64,000 nt of DNA from Octopus bimaculoides (Eukaryota): NCBI RefSeq assembly GCF_001194135.2, contig NC_068985.1, forward strand, positions 50,200,935 to 50,264,934, given 5' to 3'. Under the pieces are notes generated by a model that did not search any database, was not told where the DNA came from, and was given only the letters and a program-made list of their open reading frames with translations. Position 1 is the stretch's first letter. The number at the start of each line of letters is the position of its first letter. The position numbers were made by a program, and so were the translations under genes. Positions 63,304 through 64,000 of the stretch are shown in pieces.

Positions 63304-64000
63304 GAAAAACTTTTCTTGTAATTTTTCCAAAATTTAAATTGGTTTCCATACNNNNNNNNNNNNNNNNNNNNNNNNNNNNNNNNNNNNNNNNNNNNNNNNN
63401 NNNNNNNNNNNNNNNNNNNNNNNNNNNNNNNNNNNNNNNNNNNNNNNNNNNNNNNNNNNNNNNNNNNNNNNNNNNNNNNNNNNNNNNNNNNNNNNNNNNN
63501 NNNNNNNNNNNNNNNNNNNNNNNNNNNNNNNNNNNNNNNNNNNNNNNNNNNNNNNNNNNNNNNNNNNNNNNNNNNNNNNNNNNNNNNNNNNNNNNNNNNN
63601 NNNNNNNNNNNNNNNNNNNNNNNNNNNNNNNNNNNNNNNNNNNNNNNNNNNNNNNNNNNNNNNNNNNNNNNNNNNNNNNNNNNNNNNNNNNNNNNNNNNN
63701 NNNNNNNNNNNNNNNNNNNNNNNNNNNNNNNNNNNNNNNNNNNNNNNNNNNNNNNNNNNNNNNNNNNNNNNNNNNNNNNNNNNNNNNNNNNNNNNNNNNN
63801 NNNNNNNNNNNNNNNNNNNNNNNNNNNNNNNNNNNNNNNNNNNNNNNNNNNNNNNNNNNNNNNNNNNNNNNNNNNNNNNNNNNNNNNNNNNNNNNNNNNN
63901 NNNNNNNNNNNNNNNNNNNNNNNNNNNNNNNNNNNNNNNNNNNNNNNNNNNNNNNNNNNNNNNNNNNNNNNNNNNNNNNNNNNNNNNGAATACATGGAAA

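Overview
This is gapped, AT-rich eukaryotic genomic DNA with 19 N-runs and abundant microsatellites. The tRNA-derived SINE families suggest an octopod cephalopod, probably Octopus; that is my recollection of the repeats and was not checked against a database. Only one intact host gene is supported: a noggin-like secreted cystine-knot gene on the minus strand (55862-56614). It has a single coding exon, a splice acceptor just upstream of the ATG, and a 35-aa insert between Cys5 and Cys6. The rest is a transposon mosaic. It includes at least six SINE families, R4/Dong and CR1/L2-type LINE fragments, four Penelope-like (PLE) RT fragments, three Tc1/mariner relics (a foldback mariner, DD36E-spaced, DD37D/maT), hAT MITEs and Helitron-like ends. 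The most striking unexplained layer is about 11 type I hammerhead-ribozyme (HHR) or HHR-like motifs from at least six sequence families. One family is a TSD-flanked element built as inverted arm + tRNA-like Pol III head + (AAT)n + HHR tail. Two other motifs lie on the noggin-like sense strand, one on either side of the CDS. No prokaryotic features, CRISPR arrays, rRNA or bona fide tRNA genes are supported. All coordinates and pairings were read by eye.
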